From the IMG/VR virus record IMGVR_UViG_3300029310_000003: a stretch of DNA of 64,000 bases; one strand, given 5' to 3'. Of this stretch, positions 1 to 8,522 are shown piece after piece. The stretch comes from a virus. The position numbers and the translations under genes are program-made. Position 1 is the first letter of the stretch. Every line of letters starts with the position of its first letter. The notes beneath the pieces were generated by a model. That model had not been told where the DNA came from. It saw only the letters and a list, made by a program, of their open reading frames with translations, and did no database searches.

Positions 1-754
1 CCGCACGCTCTGCCGCCTCTGTTTCTGCTTTCTTCTGCGCCATGCGCTCCGCACGTTCCCGTTCCGCCTTTTCCTGCGCTTCCCGTCTCGCGCGTTCAGC
101 GGCCTCCTGCGCAGCCCTTCTGGCTTCCTGTTCCTGCTTCATGCGTTTCAGTTCGCTGCCGCGCCGCATGGCGGCTCCGAGGTCCAGCGTTTTCTGGTAT
201 TCCAGAAGCATTTCGTTTTCGAACTCTCCGCCGGACTCTGTGATCGCTGTGACGTTCTCGCCGATAGCCGTCACAGCCGCCTGAATGTCGGTCTTGGCCG
301 TTTCCATGTCATAGGTCACATTCATCCAGCGCGGATTTTCGATCCGCTCAAACGAAAGCCACGCCTGTGTGTTGACGGAAGCAAAATATCCTCTCAGCGT
401 CTCGCGTTTCTCGGCCTTCCGCTTTTCATCGAACGCCTTGACCTGCACGTCGATGTTCTTTGCCGCTTCGTCACACATGCCGGAAAGCTCCTTCATCTGT
501 GCCTCAAATATGTTGTACGGCTCCAGATAGCGTTTCTTGATGGCGATGCGCTGCTCGGATATCGCCTTGCTGATCTTGGCGATCTTCGCCTTGTCGGCCT
601 TTGACGCGCCGATGGTATCCTCCGTGACCACCATCGACTTGTACGCCGCCAGATTTTCCGCCAGCCACGCCTTGACTTCCTCAAAGTTGAAGTCCAGACT
701 CTGTGGAATGGCCTTGTCGAGGTCGGTTATCATCCGGATCTCGGTGGTTTCCAT
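1..754 (-). CDS. DUF1351-like phage protein (C-terminal part runs off the window edge)
   Basis: Not in the ORF track because it has no stop in the window. The reverse strand from the ATG at 754 reads METTEIRMITDLDKAIPQSLDFNFEEVKAWLAENLAAYK... and stays open to position 1. ATGA overlap with the upstream stop. K/E/R-rich coiled-coil tail. This family usually sits next to RecT/Exo. Confidence 0.55.
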   Translation of the reverse strand, partial: METTEIRMITDLDKAIPQSLDFNFEEVKAWLAENLAAYKSMVVTEDTIGASKADKAKIAKISKAISEQRIAIKKRYLEPYNIFEAQMKELSGMCDEAAKNIDVQVKAFDEKRKAEKRETLRGYFASVNTQAWLSFERIENPRWMNVTYDMETAKTDIQAAVTAIGENVTAITESGGEFENEMLLEYQKTLDLGAAMRRGSELKRMKQEQEARRAAQEAAERARREAQEKAERERAERMAQKKAETEAAERA

Positions 755-1056
755 CAGCCATCCACCTCCGGCACGTCATACTCCTCGATCTTCTTCAGCG
801 GGAAAAAATCCGGATGGATGTTTTCTTCCGGCACATTCACCGCCGTAACGATTGCCCGATTTTTTCCGCCTCCCGCCGGAACGATCACACGGTCGCCGAC
901 CTTCAGCGGCATTTCCGTGTCATAGCTGTACCCCCGTCCGACGTAAGCCATCGCACTCTTGCGAAAAAATTTCACCTCTACGATCATTTTTTCCCTCCAT
1001 TTTTTCATAAACTCAGTGTCATCGGCGGCATCTGCCGCTTCTGCACATAGCCCCAA
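754..1056 (-). CDS. hypothetical phage protein
   Basis: 100-aa ORF in the co-directional early operon. Its stop overlaps the next start. No recognisable motif. Confidence 0.45.
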   Translation of the reverse strand: MGLCAEAADAADDTEFMKKWREKMIVEVKFFRKSAMAYVGRGYSYDTEMPLKVGDRVIVPAGGGKNRAIVTAVNVPEENIHPDFFPLKKIEEYDVPEVDG

Positions 1057-1688
1057 AACGTTTCTGCCTTATCCAGCAGCCACGCAAGATCCTCCTCATG
1101 GTCGGCGCGTTCGATACGCCTTGTCCTGATCGACCAGTCTCCGCGTATATCCTGAAGCGCCGCGAACAGATCCACGAAATCCCAACCGGTCGCCAGCAGC
1201 TGCCAGCAGGTTTGTGTCAGATAGTAGACCGGCACATTCCCGTCCGCCCACTTGTCATAGTCGGCCTTTTTCATGAGCTGGCCGGTCTTGATTTCCAAGA
1301 TTCCCTGCCGCCCGTTCTCATCGGTCAGTTCTCCGTCAAGCGTCGCCGTGAGCCACGGCCGTTCGAGCTGTGACAGAATGTCATACGGATAATGCTTCAC
1401 TTCCATCTGCGGATTCATCGCCGCATACAGTTCACGGAGCGCCGGCTCCATCCGAACGCCGCGTTCCACCGCCGCGTTGGCCGAAAGATCTTTGGCCTTT
1501 TTCTGCCCGGTCTTGATCTTCCATAACTCTACAGGTGATGTCCACGGAGAAAGCCCGCATACCGCCGCCGCGTCTGAGCCTCCGATTCCCAACTCCTGCC
1601 GCCCTTCCAGCCAGCTTTCGCGGTCATCAAAGTGCTTCCGGATCAAAACCGACTGTTTTCCATTCAAGTACGGCATAATTCCTCCCAT
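1005..1688 (-). CDS. YqaJ / lambda-exonuclease-like recombination exonuclease
   Basis: 227 aa with GIGGSDAAAVCGLSPWTSPVELW and ILEIKTG (E-x-K) motifs typical of YqaJ viral recombinase exonucleases. Confidence 0.75.
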   Translation of the reverse strand: MGGIMPYLNGKQSVLIRKHFDDRESWLEGRQELGIGGSDAAAVCGLSPWTSPVELWKIKTGQKKAKDLSANAAVERGVRMEPALRELYAAMNPQMEVKHYPYDILSQLERPWLTATLDGELTDENGRQGILEIKTGQLMKKADYDKWADGNVPVYYLTQTCWQLLATGWDFVDLFAALQDIRGDWSIRTRRIERADHEEDLAWLLDKAETFWGYVQKRQMPPMTLSL

Positions 1689-1698
1689 TCATCCGGCT

Positions 1699-1917
1699 TC
1701 ATACCTCAATCTCCCGTGTCTTTCCTCGTCCGGAGCTGACTTCTGTAGCCGAACGGCCAAAATAGGCGTAAACCTTGTCTACCATGAATGGATGCGGCTT
1801 TCTTCCGGAAAGCCAATTTGCCACCGACGACTGACTGACGCCGAGATCCTTCGCAAGTCTGTACTTGGAAACTCCCTTCGTCTCCATCAATCTTTTCAGT
1901 GTTTCAGAAAAGTTCAC
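1699..1917 (-). CDS. Cro-like XRE-family HTH regulator
   Basis: HTH KYRLAKDLGVSQSSVANWLSG. Divergent from a CI-like gene. GTG at 1917 is preceded by GGGGGTGA. The longest ORF extends to 1980. Confidence 0.6.
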   Translation of the reverse strand: MNFSETLKRLMETKGVSKYRLAKDLGVSQSSVANWLSGRKPHPFMVDKVYAYFGRSATEVSSGRGKTREIEV

Positions 1918-1937
1918 AATTTCACCCCCAAATCCTC

Positions 1938-2099
1938 TTGACAAAGCACAAGTTGGAGTAGTAAAATTCTGAACGTCCAATACAGAATTACTCCATCAAC
2001 CAGTCAAAGCGCCATAACGTGCTTTGATTATTTGGGCTTGTCTTATGCTCCATATTTTACACCATTATTGACGCATATGCAACCCTATTGGAGTAAAAT
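1938..2099. promoter_or_regulatory. Genetic-switch intergenic region with repeated TGGAGTA operator cores
   Basis: TTGACA(1938)-N18-TAAAAT(1962) on the + strand. TGGAGTA core at 1954-1960 and 2089-2095, and inverted at 1989-1995. Lies between divergent Cro-like and CI-like genes. Confidence 0.45.
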
Positions 2100-2127
2100 C
2101 ACTATCCAAATTTGGAGGTATCTTTTT

Positions 2128-2478
2128 ATGGAATTTTCACAAAAACTGAAAGAACTGATGCGTGCGCGCGGCTTGTCCGCTTACAAGATGGCAAATGACC
2201 TGCATTGCTCGCAAACGACGATCCGCAATTGGGCCGATGGAAAAACGACGCCGCAGCCCCGGACGATCATTCAGCTCTGCGAATATTTCGGTGTCTCCGA
2301 AGAGGAACTGATCGGCGGTGCGCAAGTGCAAAAAAATAACCCCGACGTCAGCAACGACGCCGAGGTTATGGAAATGGTTCATATTTTCAGCCAGCTTTCC
2401 GCATCCACTCGTTCCAAATTGCTCGAACTGGCTCGTCTCTATTCAGAAGCGGAACACAAAAACTCAGAAACCGAATAA
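2128..2478 (+). CDS. CI-like XRE-family HTH repressor
   Basis: MEFSQKLKELMRARGLSAYKMANDLHCSQTTIRNWADGK is a classic XRE HTH. RBS GGAGG lies 9 nt upstream of the ATG at 2128. Confidence 0.7.
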   Translation: MEFSQKLKELMRARGLSAYKMANDLHCSQTTIRNWADGKTTPQPRTIIQLCEYFGVSEEELIGGAQVQKNNPDVSNDAEVMEMVHIFSQLSASTRSKLLELARLYSEAEHKNSETE

Positions 2479-2530
2479 ACCGCTTTCTATCCTTTACTTC
2501 CATCAGCACCTCTATAAGATCTTCGTTCAT
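2387..2530 (-). CDS. small IWNEW-family protein (paralog 1 of 3)
   Basis: MNEDLIEVLMEVKDRKRFIRFLSFCVPLLNRDEPVRAIWNEWMRKAG aligns with ORFs at 31727 and 39268 (KNQ..F..F..FC...IWN.W). Antisense-overlaps the CI-like 3' end. Confidence 0.4.
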   Translation of the reverse strand: MNEDLIEVLMEVKDRKRFIRFLSFCVPLLNRDEPVRAIWNEWMRKAG

Positions 2531-2947
2531 GTCCACTGCTGCTTCCTTTCCAGACTTCATCGTACCATGCATCCTTTCCTGTTTCATTCGTTTCCAGATA
2601 TCTATGCCGTGTTTATATTTTAGAACGGAAGTTTCAAAAATGCAATCGCTCATATTGCACAAATTTCCATTTCATTTTTCTATAGCACAAATTCAGAATC
2701 ATCCCGTTTATCGGACTCATTTTGTGCTATGGTACTCCGTCAGCCCCGCCGCCTCTGGCACAGGCGGCGGAGCCTTACGTCAGACCACCTCATTTGTCCA
2801 CCGATCTGCTACACCTACATCGTAGCAGAAGCGCAGAGATCCGTACAGATGCAGTTTTGCGTTTTTATCGCATCTATTGCGATTTTCACACCTATCTTCT
2901 GTGAAAACCGTGAAAATCGTGAAATCATACGATGGAGGTTATACCCA

Positions 2948-3559
2948 ATGAGTGCAATTCAGGAGTTAGCCCCATATATCGCGGAATTTCAGCCCAGCAT
3001 CAAGCGTGCCAAGGCTGCAAAGGGCTATACGAACAATGACCTGATCGCGCTTTCCGGCGTTTCTAAGTCCGCTGTTGACCGTCTCTGTGACGGCTCCCAG
3101 ACCGACCCGAAACTGTATTATGCCGTAGCCATCTGCAAATCGCTTGACCTGTCTATCGACGATTTGTTCGGCCTATCCGCTTCTTCCGAATGCGCACCGG
3201 AGATTGCTGAGAAGCTTCACGGCCTGGAACTGCAAAACCATGAAAAGGAAACGCGGCTCTCTGAAATCAAGGGCGCTCTGAACGTGGCTATTTGTGATAC
3301 CGAGCACCAGAAAGAGACGACCGAGATGCTCCGGTCTCAGAACAAAGGACTCAGATATACCGTTTTCTTGCTTGTCGGCCTTTGCGCAGTCCTTGTGTTT
3401 ACGCTTCTTTTCTATATCATTTGGGATTCCAGCGTTCCAACCGACGGCCTTATTCGGAACGGGAACGTCAGTATTCTTGCATGGATCGCGATTGGACTGG
3501 TTGCCGCGTCATTCCTGTCTATCTGTGGGTTTCTTTTCCGGCTCCTTCGTAAAAAGTGA
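2948..3559 (+). CDS. membrane-anchored HTH regulator
   Basis: N-terminal HTH (YTNNDLIALSGVSKSAVDRLCDG), a central coiled coil and two C-terminal hydrophobic helices. RBS GGAGG upstream of the ATG at 2948. Confidence 0.6.
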   Translation: MSAIQELAPYIAEFQPSIKRAKAAKGYTNNDLIALSGVSKSAVDRLCDGSQTDPKLYYAVAICKSLDLSIDDLFGLSASSECAPEIAEKLHGLELQNHEKETRLSEIKGALNVAICDTEHQKETTEMLRSQNKGLRYTVFLLVGLCAVLVFTLLFYIIWDSSVPTDGLIRNGNVSILAWIAIGLVAASFLSICGFLFRLLRKK

Positions 3560-3605
3560 TTTTTCCTTTAACTCCGTTACATATTTTTTCTTGGAGGTCT
3601 TTTCT

Positions 3606-3794
3606 TTGAGCAATTACAGCGAACGTGATAAAGCCGTTCTGGACAGTCTGGACGAGAACATTCGTCTTGCACCGCGTCTCGGAGTCTGCGCCGATACCTT
3701 CTATGCCCTGAAGCAGGAGTTCCTGCGTGTCATGCGTGAACGCGACGAAGCCATCCAGAAGCTTTCGGAGGTGCAAGCGCATGGCAAACACTGA
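3606..3794 (+). CDS. small hypothetical protein overlapping the integrase start
   Basis: TTG start after GGAGG. 62 aa with a helical C-terminal part. Overlaps the integrase start by 14 nt. A role in directionality is speculation only. Confidence 0.35.
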   Translation: MSNYSERDKAVLDSLDENIRLAPRLGVCADTFYALKQEFLRVMRERDEAIQKLSEVQAHGKH

Positions 3795-5235
3795 TTTGAC
3801 CGTCGCGGCTGCCTATATCCGCGTCTCCACAGAGGATCAGACCGACCTTTCCCCGGAGTCTCAGCTTGAAAAGGTGAAGGAATACGCCGCGAAAAACAAT
3901 ATGCTTCTCCCCAGCGAATTCATTTTCCACGACGATGGTGTTTCCGGCCGTGCGGCAAATAAACGTCCCGGCTTTCAGCGCATGATCGCCGCCGCGAAGG
4001 ACCCCGTGCATCCATTCAGCGTCATCATCGTCTGGAAATATTCCCGATTTGCCCGGAATCAGGAAGAGTCCATTTTCTACAAATCCATTCTCCGCTCGAA
4101 ATGCAACGTTGACGTGATTTCCGTCTCCGAGCCGTTGATCGCCGGCCCCTTTGGAAGTCTGATCGAGCGCATCATCGAGTGGATGGACGAATTCTATTCC
4201 GTCCGCCTTTCGGAAGAGGTCAAGCGCTCCATGACCGTCAACGCGAAGAACGGCGTCCTGCAATCCACCGCTTCCTTCGGCTACAAGGTCGAAAACGGCG
4301 TGCTTGTTCCCGTCCCCGAGGAAGCGGAACTCATCAAAGAGATTTTCCATCGTTTTCTTTCCGGCGAGGGCTTTTACCCCATCGCGCAGGACCTGAATTC
4401 CAGAGGCATCAAAACGCATCGCGGGAGCCGCTTTGAAAACCGCACAGTGGAATACATCATCCGCAATCCCGTTTACATCGGAAAGCTTCGCTGGAATCCG
4501 GCCGGGCGTACCCGCCGGGACTTCCATAACGAAAACATCATCTGCGCCAAAGGCGCTCACGAGCCTCTGATTGACGAAGAGACATGGGAGGCCGCCCAGC
4601 TCCGCGTCGAGCAGTTGAAATCCCAATGGGCATACCATGGCCGTCCATCCTCCGACCGCAAGCACTGGCTCTGCGGCATCGTCCGCTGTGCATCCTGCGG
4701 TGCAACCCTTATCTGGTCCCAGCCGCATTTTTTGAAGTGCAACAATTATGCGCGTGGTTCGTGTAAGACCTCGCAGCACATTGCCGTGGAGCTGATCGAG
4801 GAATCCTTTATCCAGCAGTTGCGTCACGATTTTTCGTTTTCTTCTGAAATCTCCTACCAGATTATCGACATACCAAAGCCGCAGGACACGCGCGCCGGCC
4901 AGCTCCGCCGCAACCGTGACCGCATGTTGTCGCGCCTCGCGCGTTCGCGCGATGCCTACATGAACGGCATCGACTCCCTTGAGGATTACGCCGCAATCAA
5001 GGCATCCATCCAGAAAGAGATCGACCAGATCGACGCGGAGCTGTCCACCCTAGAATCCGCGTCCGGAGCATCCACTGAGGTTTCCATGAAGGATTCCATC
5101 AAACGTACCTTGGAAACGCTGGAATCCGACGCCCCAATCTCGAAAAAGTACGACGCCGTCAAACGCATCATTGACACCTGCACTTTCGATAAGCAAAACA
5201 TGCTTCTTTCCATTGTATACCGCTATGAAATCTGA
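3781..5235 (+). CDS. int: large serine recombinase (phage integrase type)
   Basis: AAAYIRVSTEDQ catalytic-Ser motif, a resolvase N-domain, a recombinase domain, the Cys cluster CGIVRCASCGATL...CNNYARGSC, and a C-terminal coiled coil. Confidence 0.9.
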   Translation: MANTDLTVAAAYIRVSTEDQTDLSPESQLEKVKEYAAKNNMLLPSEFIFHDDGVSGRAANKRPGFQRMIAAAKDPVHPFSVIIVWKYSRFARNQEESIFYKSILRSKCNVDVISVSEPLIAGPFGSLIERIIEWMDEFYSVRLSEEVKRSMTVNAKNGVLQSTASFGYKVENGVLVPVPEEAELIKEIFHRFLSGEGFYPIAQDLNSRGIKTHRGSRFENRTVEYIIRNPVYIGKLRWNPAGRTRRDFHNENIICAKGAHEPLIDEETWEAAQLRVEQLKSQWAYHGRPSSDRKHWLCGIVRCASCGATLIWSQPHFLKCNNYARGSCKTSQHIAVELIEESFIQQLRHDFSFSSEISYQIIDIPKPQDTRAGQLRRNRDRMLSRLARSRDAYMNGIDSLEDYAAIKASIQKEIDQIDAELSTLESASGASTEVSMKDSIKRTLETLESDAPISKKYDAVKRIIDTCTFDKQNMLLSIVYRYEI

Positions 5236-5317
5236 CTTTTTTCTCCATACCTAAAATTGTAGTCTATTGACGTCCGGAGGTCCAGATACCAGAAGCCTAC
5301 AATTCCACCGCAAATGA

Positions 5318-5349
5318 AAACGCGCAGCGAACTTAACCGCTGCGCGTTT
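5318..5349. terminator. bidirectional hairpin between convergent integrase and early operon
   Basis: AAACGCGCAGCG-8 nt loop-CGCTGCGCGTTT, a 12-bp stem with flanking A/T runs. Confidence 0.6.
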
Positions 5350-5374
5350 CCCATATTTTCGTGTCATATCTCAT

Positions 5375-5578
5375 TCACGGCGCATGTACCGATCCGTTCG
5401 GAGCGCTGCTACAATCGAAAAATTTCGCTTTCCCTGCGTAAAGCTCGTTCATGAACGCAAGCGTGGCCTTTGTTGCAAACGCCTGCCGTTCTTCGTAATG
5501 GAGATCTTCAATTGCAATCAGGCTTCCGTCTTTCCTTTTCGCATAGCTGCACACCCTGATTTTTGCGTTCTTCTTCAA
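5375..5578 (-). CDS. hypothetical phage protein
   Basis: 67-aa ORF, the last gene of the minus-strand operon. No motif. Confidence 0.45.
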   Translation of the reverse strand: MKKNAKIRVCSYAKRKDGSLIAIEDLHYEERQAFATKATLAFMNELYAGKAKFFDCSSAPNGSVHAP

Positions 5579-5609
5579 TTCCGACCCCCTCTTCTACATT
5601 TCGGACCGT

Positions 5610-5831
5610 TTACAAAGTAGGAAGCACCACATCGTAGTCTAGAAGCGCTTCCCGCCGAATATCCTTTTCATCGACAAACACTTGCTGTTCTATCAGCTGT
5701 TCCATGAGATCCCGAATCGCTTCCGTCTTGAGCCTCGCCGTTCCCTTTTCATAATATGACGCAGGGACTTCAAAATAGCTCTCAAAAAATGCCGTGGCGC
5801 GTTGGTAGTAATCACCTCTCACGCTTTTCAC
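5610..5831 (-). CDS. hypothetical phage protein
   Basis: 73-aa ORF in the operon. No motif. Confidence 0.45.
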   Translation of the reverse strand: MKSVRGDYYQRATAFFESYFEVPASYYEKGTARLKTEAIRDLMEQLIEQQVFVDEKDIRREALLDYDVVLPTL

Positions 5832-6066
5832 CCGCTTTCAGTGATTTTATCAGTTTCCATTCGCCATCCGGGATGATCTGCATTGGTCTCCCGTAGCCAA
5901 ACTGAAATTTTGATTCATCCATGAGATCAGGGAATGGACTCGTTTGCGCTTCTTTCGCTTCGGATACGAGTCTTTCATACTCGCGCTCCATGGCTTCTTG
6001 AAACAGCTTTTGCAATTTTTTGAACGACATTGCGCGTTCAAGTCCGTCCATCTCGTCCCATGTCAT
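5812..6066 (-). CDS. hypothetical phage protein
   Basis: 84-aa ORF. ATGA-type overlap with the dUTPase stop. Confidence 0.45.
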   Translation of the reverse strand: MTWDEMDGLERAMSFKKLQKLFQEAMEREYERLVSEAKEAQTSPFPDLMDESKFQFGYGRPMQIIPDGEWKLIKSLKAGEKRER

Positions 6067-6662
6067 CTTCCGCTGCTCCCGAATCCGTGATCTCCGCGCG
6101 GCGTTTCATCGAGCGTGGTCACTCGCTTGAGATTCGCGTGCTGGAACGGAATCAAAATCATCTGCGCAATTTTGTGTCCTTTGGAAACGCCAAACGCTTC
6201 TCCGCTCGTGTTGACCAGCGTGACCATGATTTCCCCCGTGTATCCGGAGTCTACAGTACCGGAGCATAAGATCCCGAACGATTTTAGAAGTCCGCTCTTT
6301 GCGCGGATCGCGCCGAAGTATCCTTCCGGGATTGCCATATGAATGCCCGTCCGCACCGTTCCGCGCGAATGCGGCAGTATGACTTTCTCTTCTGCTGCAA
6401 GCAGATCCATTCCAGCGTCCGCGTCGTGCGCGTAACCCGGCATGATTGCGCAATCCTCCAACATGAGCGGAACTTGAATTTCCGGCGTTACAAAATCAAT
6501 CGCCGGTTTAGGCGCAGTACCGTTATCCATCATCATTTTCAAGATATCCGCCATCTGCGCATTTATGCCGTCCAGGAAACCTTTCCAATATGCGCAGGCT
6601 TTGCTTCCGGTTTCTGCCGCCTCCAAGCCCGCAAAACCTTTCTCAATCGCGCTGTTCATCAT
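6063..6662 (-). CDS. dut: dUTP diphosphatase with N-terminal extension
   Basis: GTVDSGYTGEI (motif 3) and RGDHGFGSSGR (motif 5), plus an extra N-terminal segment of about 60 aa. Confidence 0.85.
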   Translation of the reverse strand: MMNSAIEKGFAGLEAAETGSKACAYWKGFLDGINAQMADILKMMMDNGTAPKPAIDFVTPEIQVPLMLEDCAIMPGYAHDADAGMDLLAAEEKVILPHSRGTVRTGIHMAIPEGYFGAIRAKSGLLKSFGILCSGTVDSGYTGEIMVTLVNTSGEAFGVSKGHKIAQMILIPFQHANLKRVTTLDETPRGDHGFGSSGR

Positions 6663-6991
6663 GCTTTTCTCCCCTTGTAATTGAATTTTTTGATATGCTC
6701 GTTTCTGGCGTAAAACGGCTGAAAACGTTCTCCGTATCCCTTTTTCAGGATTCGGTCAAGTTTCTCCTGCAAAACATCGGATTCGTTCCCGCATCCCCAT
6801 GCATCTCCGAGTTCTGCATCCAGCTCCGCGACCTTCACGGCAAGCTTGTAAAGCCGTTCCGGGCCGTATCCATCCATTGCAAGAGCCGCTCCGTACAGGT
6901 CGGCGTATTTCTGACAGCCAGATTCAAACCCGATTTGAAGGTACTCCTGCAGTTGTTCCTTCTGCTTCTGAGCGAAGGTCATGCCCATCAT
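6659..6991 (-). CDS. hypothetical phage protein
   Basis: 110-aa ORF with overlapping stop/start on both sides. Confidence 0.5.
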   Translation of the reverse strand: MMGMTFAQKQKEQLQEYLQIGFESGCQKYADLYGAALAMDGYGPERLYKLAVKVAELDAELGDAWGCGNESDVLQEKLDRILKKGYGERFQPFYARNEHIKKFNYKGRKA

Positions 6992-7194
6992 TCACCCTCC
7001 CGGAAACACGCGCGGATCTTGCTTCCATTCCACATGGTGAATTCTACCGTGTAAAAACGTCTATTGGGATGTACATAGATCACTGTTCCGTAGAGTGCTT
7101 CCTTGTCTGCCGGCCGGCTTTCCATTTTATCCGGCGAAAAATTAACGAACTGCTTTACGGTTTGTCCTACCTGAATCATTTCTTTTTCCCCCAT
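6988..7194 (-). CDS. hypothetical phage protein
   Basis: 68-aa ORF. The start may be the internal ATG at 7179. Confidence 0.4.
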   Translation of the reverse strand: MGEKEMIQVGQTVKQFVNFSPDKMESRPADKEALYGTVIYVHPNRRFYTVEFTMWNGSKIRACFREGE

Positions 7195-7345
7195 CTGACG
7201 GCCGGTAGACTCGGCCGTCCATATATGCCTTGTACCCGTTTTTCATCATGGAGCGGATCGTATCATCGTCATAGACGCACGACTCATGTTCCGTCGCCAT
7301 CATGGTCTTTCCGTCGAAAGCGCGGACGATTTTGAAATTCTTCAT
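7142..7345 (-). CDS. hypothetical phage protein
   Basis: 67-aa ORF. ATGA overlap with the upstream gene. Confidence 0.4.
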   Translation of the reverse strand: MKNFKIVRAFDGKTMMATEHESCVYDDDTIRSMMKNGYKAYMDGRVYRPSDGGKRNDSGRTNRKAVR

Positions 7346-7590
7346 CGCACGCGCCCTCCGGCCGCCTTCGCGTCACGCTGGCGCTTTCTGGCGCGGCTTT
7401 TCTGCGCCTCCGAAGCGCCGGTGCGGATACGCCGTTCCTGCTCATTTTTGAGTTTTCTTGCATACTCCGCCCTCTTTATTTCCGCATATGCGGCATATTC
7501 CTTGCATTCCTTCCGGCATTCCGCGCTTCTTTTCGCACACTCTGCCGTGCAAGGGCATCTTTTGTCAAAGTGCTGCGGCATCCTCGCCAA
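7342..7590 (-). CDS. small basic Cys-rich protein
   Basis: 82 aa with CPCTAECAKRSAECRKEC followed by a K/R-rich tail. Confidence 0.45.
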   Translation of the reverse strand: MARMPQHFDKRCPCTAECAKRSAECRKECKEYAAYAEIKRAEYARKLKNEQERRIRTGASEAQKSRARKRQRDAKAAGGRVR

Positions 7591-7595
7591 ATGTC

Positions 7596-8522
7596 TTACA
7601 CCCCCAAAAGTTTTTTCATGTCTCTACAGTCGCTCCGGCCCATGTTCTTTCTCCGGCTTTCGCCGACCATCATGACGGGATAGCATCTTTCCAGGAGTCT
7701 GTCATAGATGCGATTTCTTCGCATGTCGTATTCCTCCGTCATCTGCTTCGGTGTAAAGTTTGTGGTAATGACCATGGGTACCTTTGCCCGATAAAGCGTA
7801 TCGACGATGGTCGTGATATGCTCGTTCATGTACTCTGTGTCGCGCTCAACGCCGAGATCGTCTATGGATATCAAATCCAGCTTCGCCAGCTCGTCGATGA
7901 ATTCCATCTTCCCGTTCCAAATCGTGCTGATCTGGTTCGTGAGCCTCGAAAAGCTCGTCATTCGGCATCTGTATCCCTTGGAAACCAGTTCATTCACGAT
8001 GCACGCCGCAAAAAAGCTTTTCCCCGTCCCGACATTCCCGTAAAGGAGAATCCCTTTCCCGTCTCTCCGGAGCCTTGGAAAATTCTCGCAATAGCTCTGC
8101 ATTCCTGCGGATACCTTCGGGTTTGCACGGTCATCTGCTGCAAACGTAAAGTTCGCCATGCATTTGTCCATTCCGGCAAAAGCAGCTGCTCTCAGGTCCG
8201 CAATCTCCATCGCGTGTTCCTTTTCTGCCTGCATCCGGACGGATTCTTCGGCCTTTTCCGTCATGCACTTGCAAAGGCACGGAGCTTTCATTGTCGTTCC
8301 ATCCGGAAGATCGACCTTCGTCTGCCGTTTTCCTCCGCAGATTGTGCAGTAAAGAAATCCATCGTTGCCTGTTTCTGTGTTCGCCAAGTCCGCAGGAACC
8401 TTCTTTGCGGTATTCCGCATGAGCGCCGCATATCCGCGTCTGTTGTCCTCATCCGGGATGTAAGGGGCTTCCGCCTGCTTCTGTGCACGCAGCTTCATGA
8501 GTTCATCCATCCCAAGCGTCAT
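7596..8522 (-). CDS. DnaC/IstB-like AAA+ helicase loader with N-terminal Cys cluster
   Basis: Walker A GNVGTGKSF, Walker B LISIDDLG, N-terminal CTICGG...CLCKC. Directly follows the replisome organizer. Confidence 0.8.
   Translation of the reverse strand: MTLGMDELMKLRAQKQAEAPYIPDEDNRRGYAALMRNTAKKVPADLANTETGNDGFLYCTICGGKRQTKVDLPDGTTMKAPCLCKCMTEKAEESVRMQAEKEHAMEIADLRAAAFAGMDKCMANFTFAADDRANPKVSAGMQSYCENFPRLRRDGKGILLYGNVGTGKSFFAACIVNELVSKGYRCRMTSFSRLTNQISTIWNGKMEFIDELAKLDLISIDDLGVERDTEYMNEHITTIVDTLYRAKVPMVITTNFTPKQMTEEYDMRRNRIYDRLLERCYPVMMVGESRRKNMGRSDCRDMKKLLGV

Noticed and set aside
3730-4827. 365-aa minus-strand ORF
   Set aside because: It is fully antisense to the well-supported serine recombinase. 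Its sequence is G/A/R-rich and low in complexity, with no RBS. It is a shadow ORF typical of GC-rich coding DNA.
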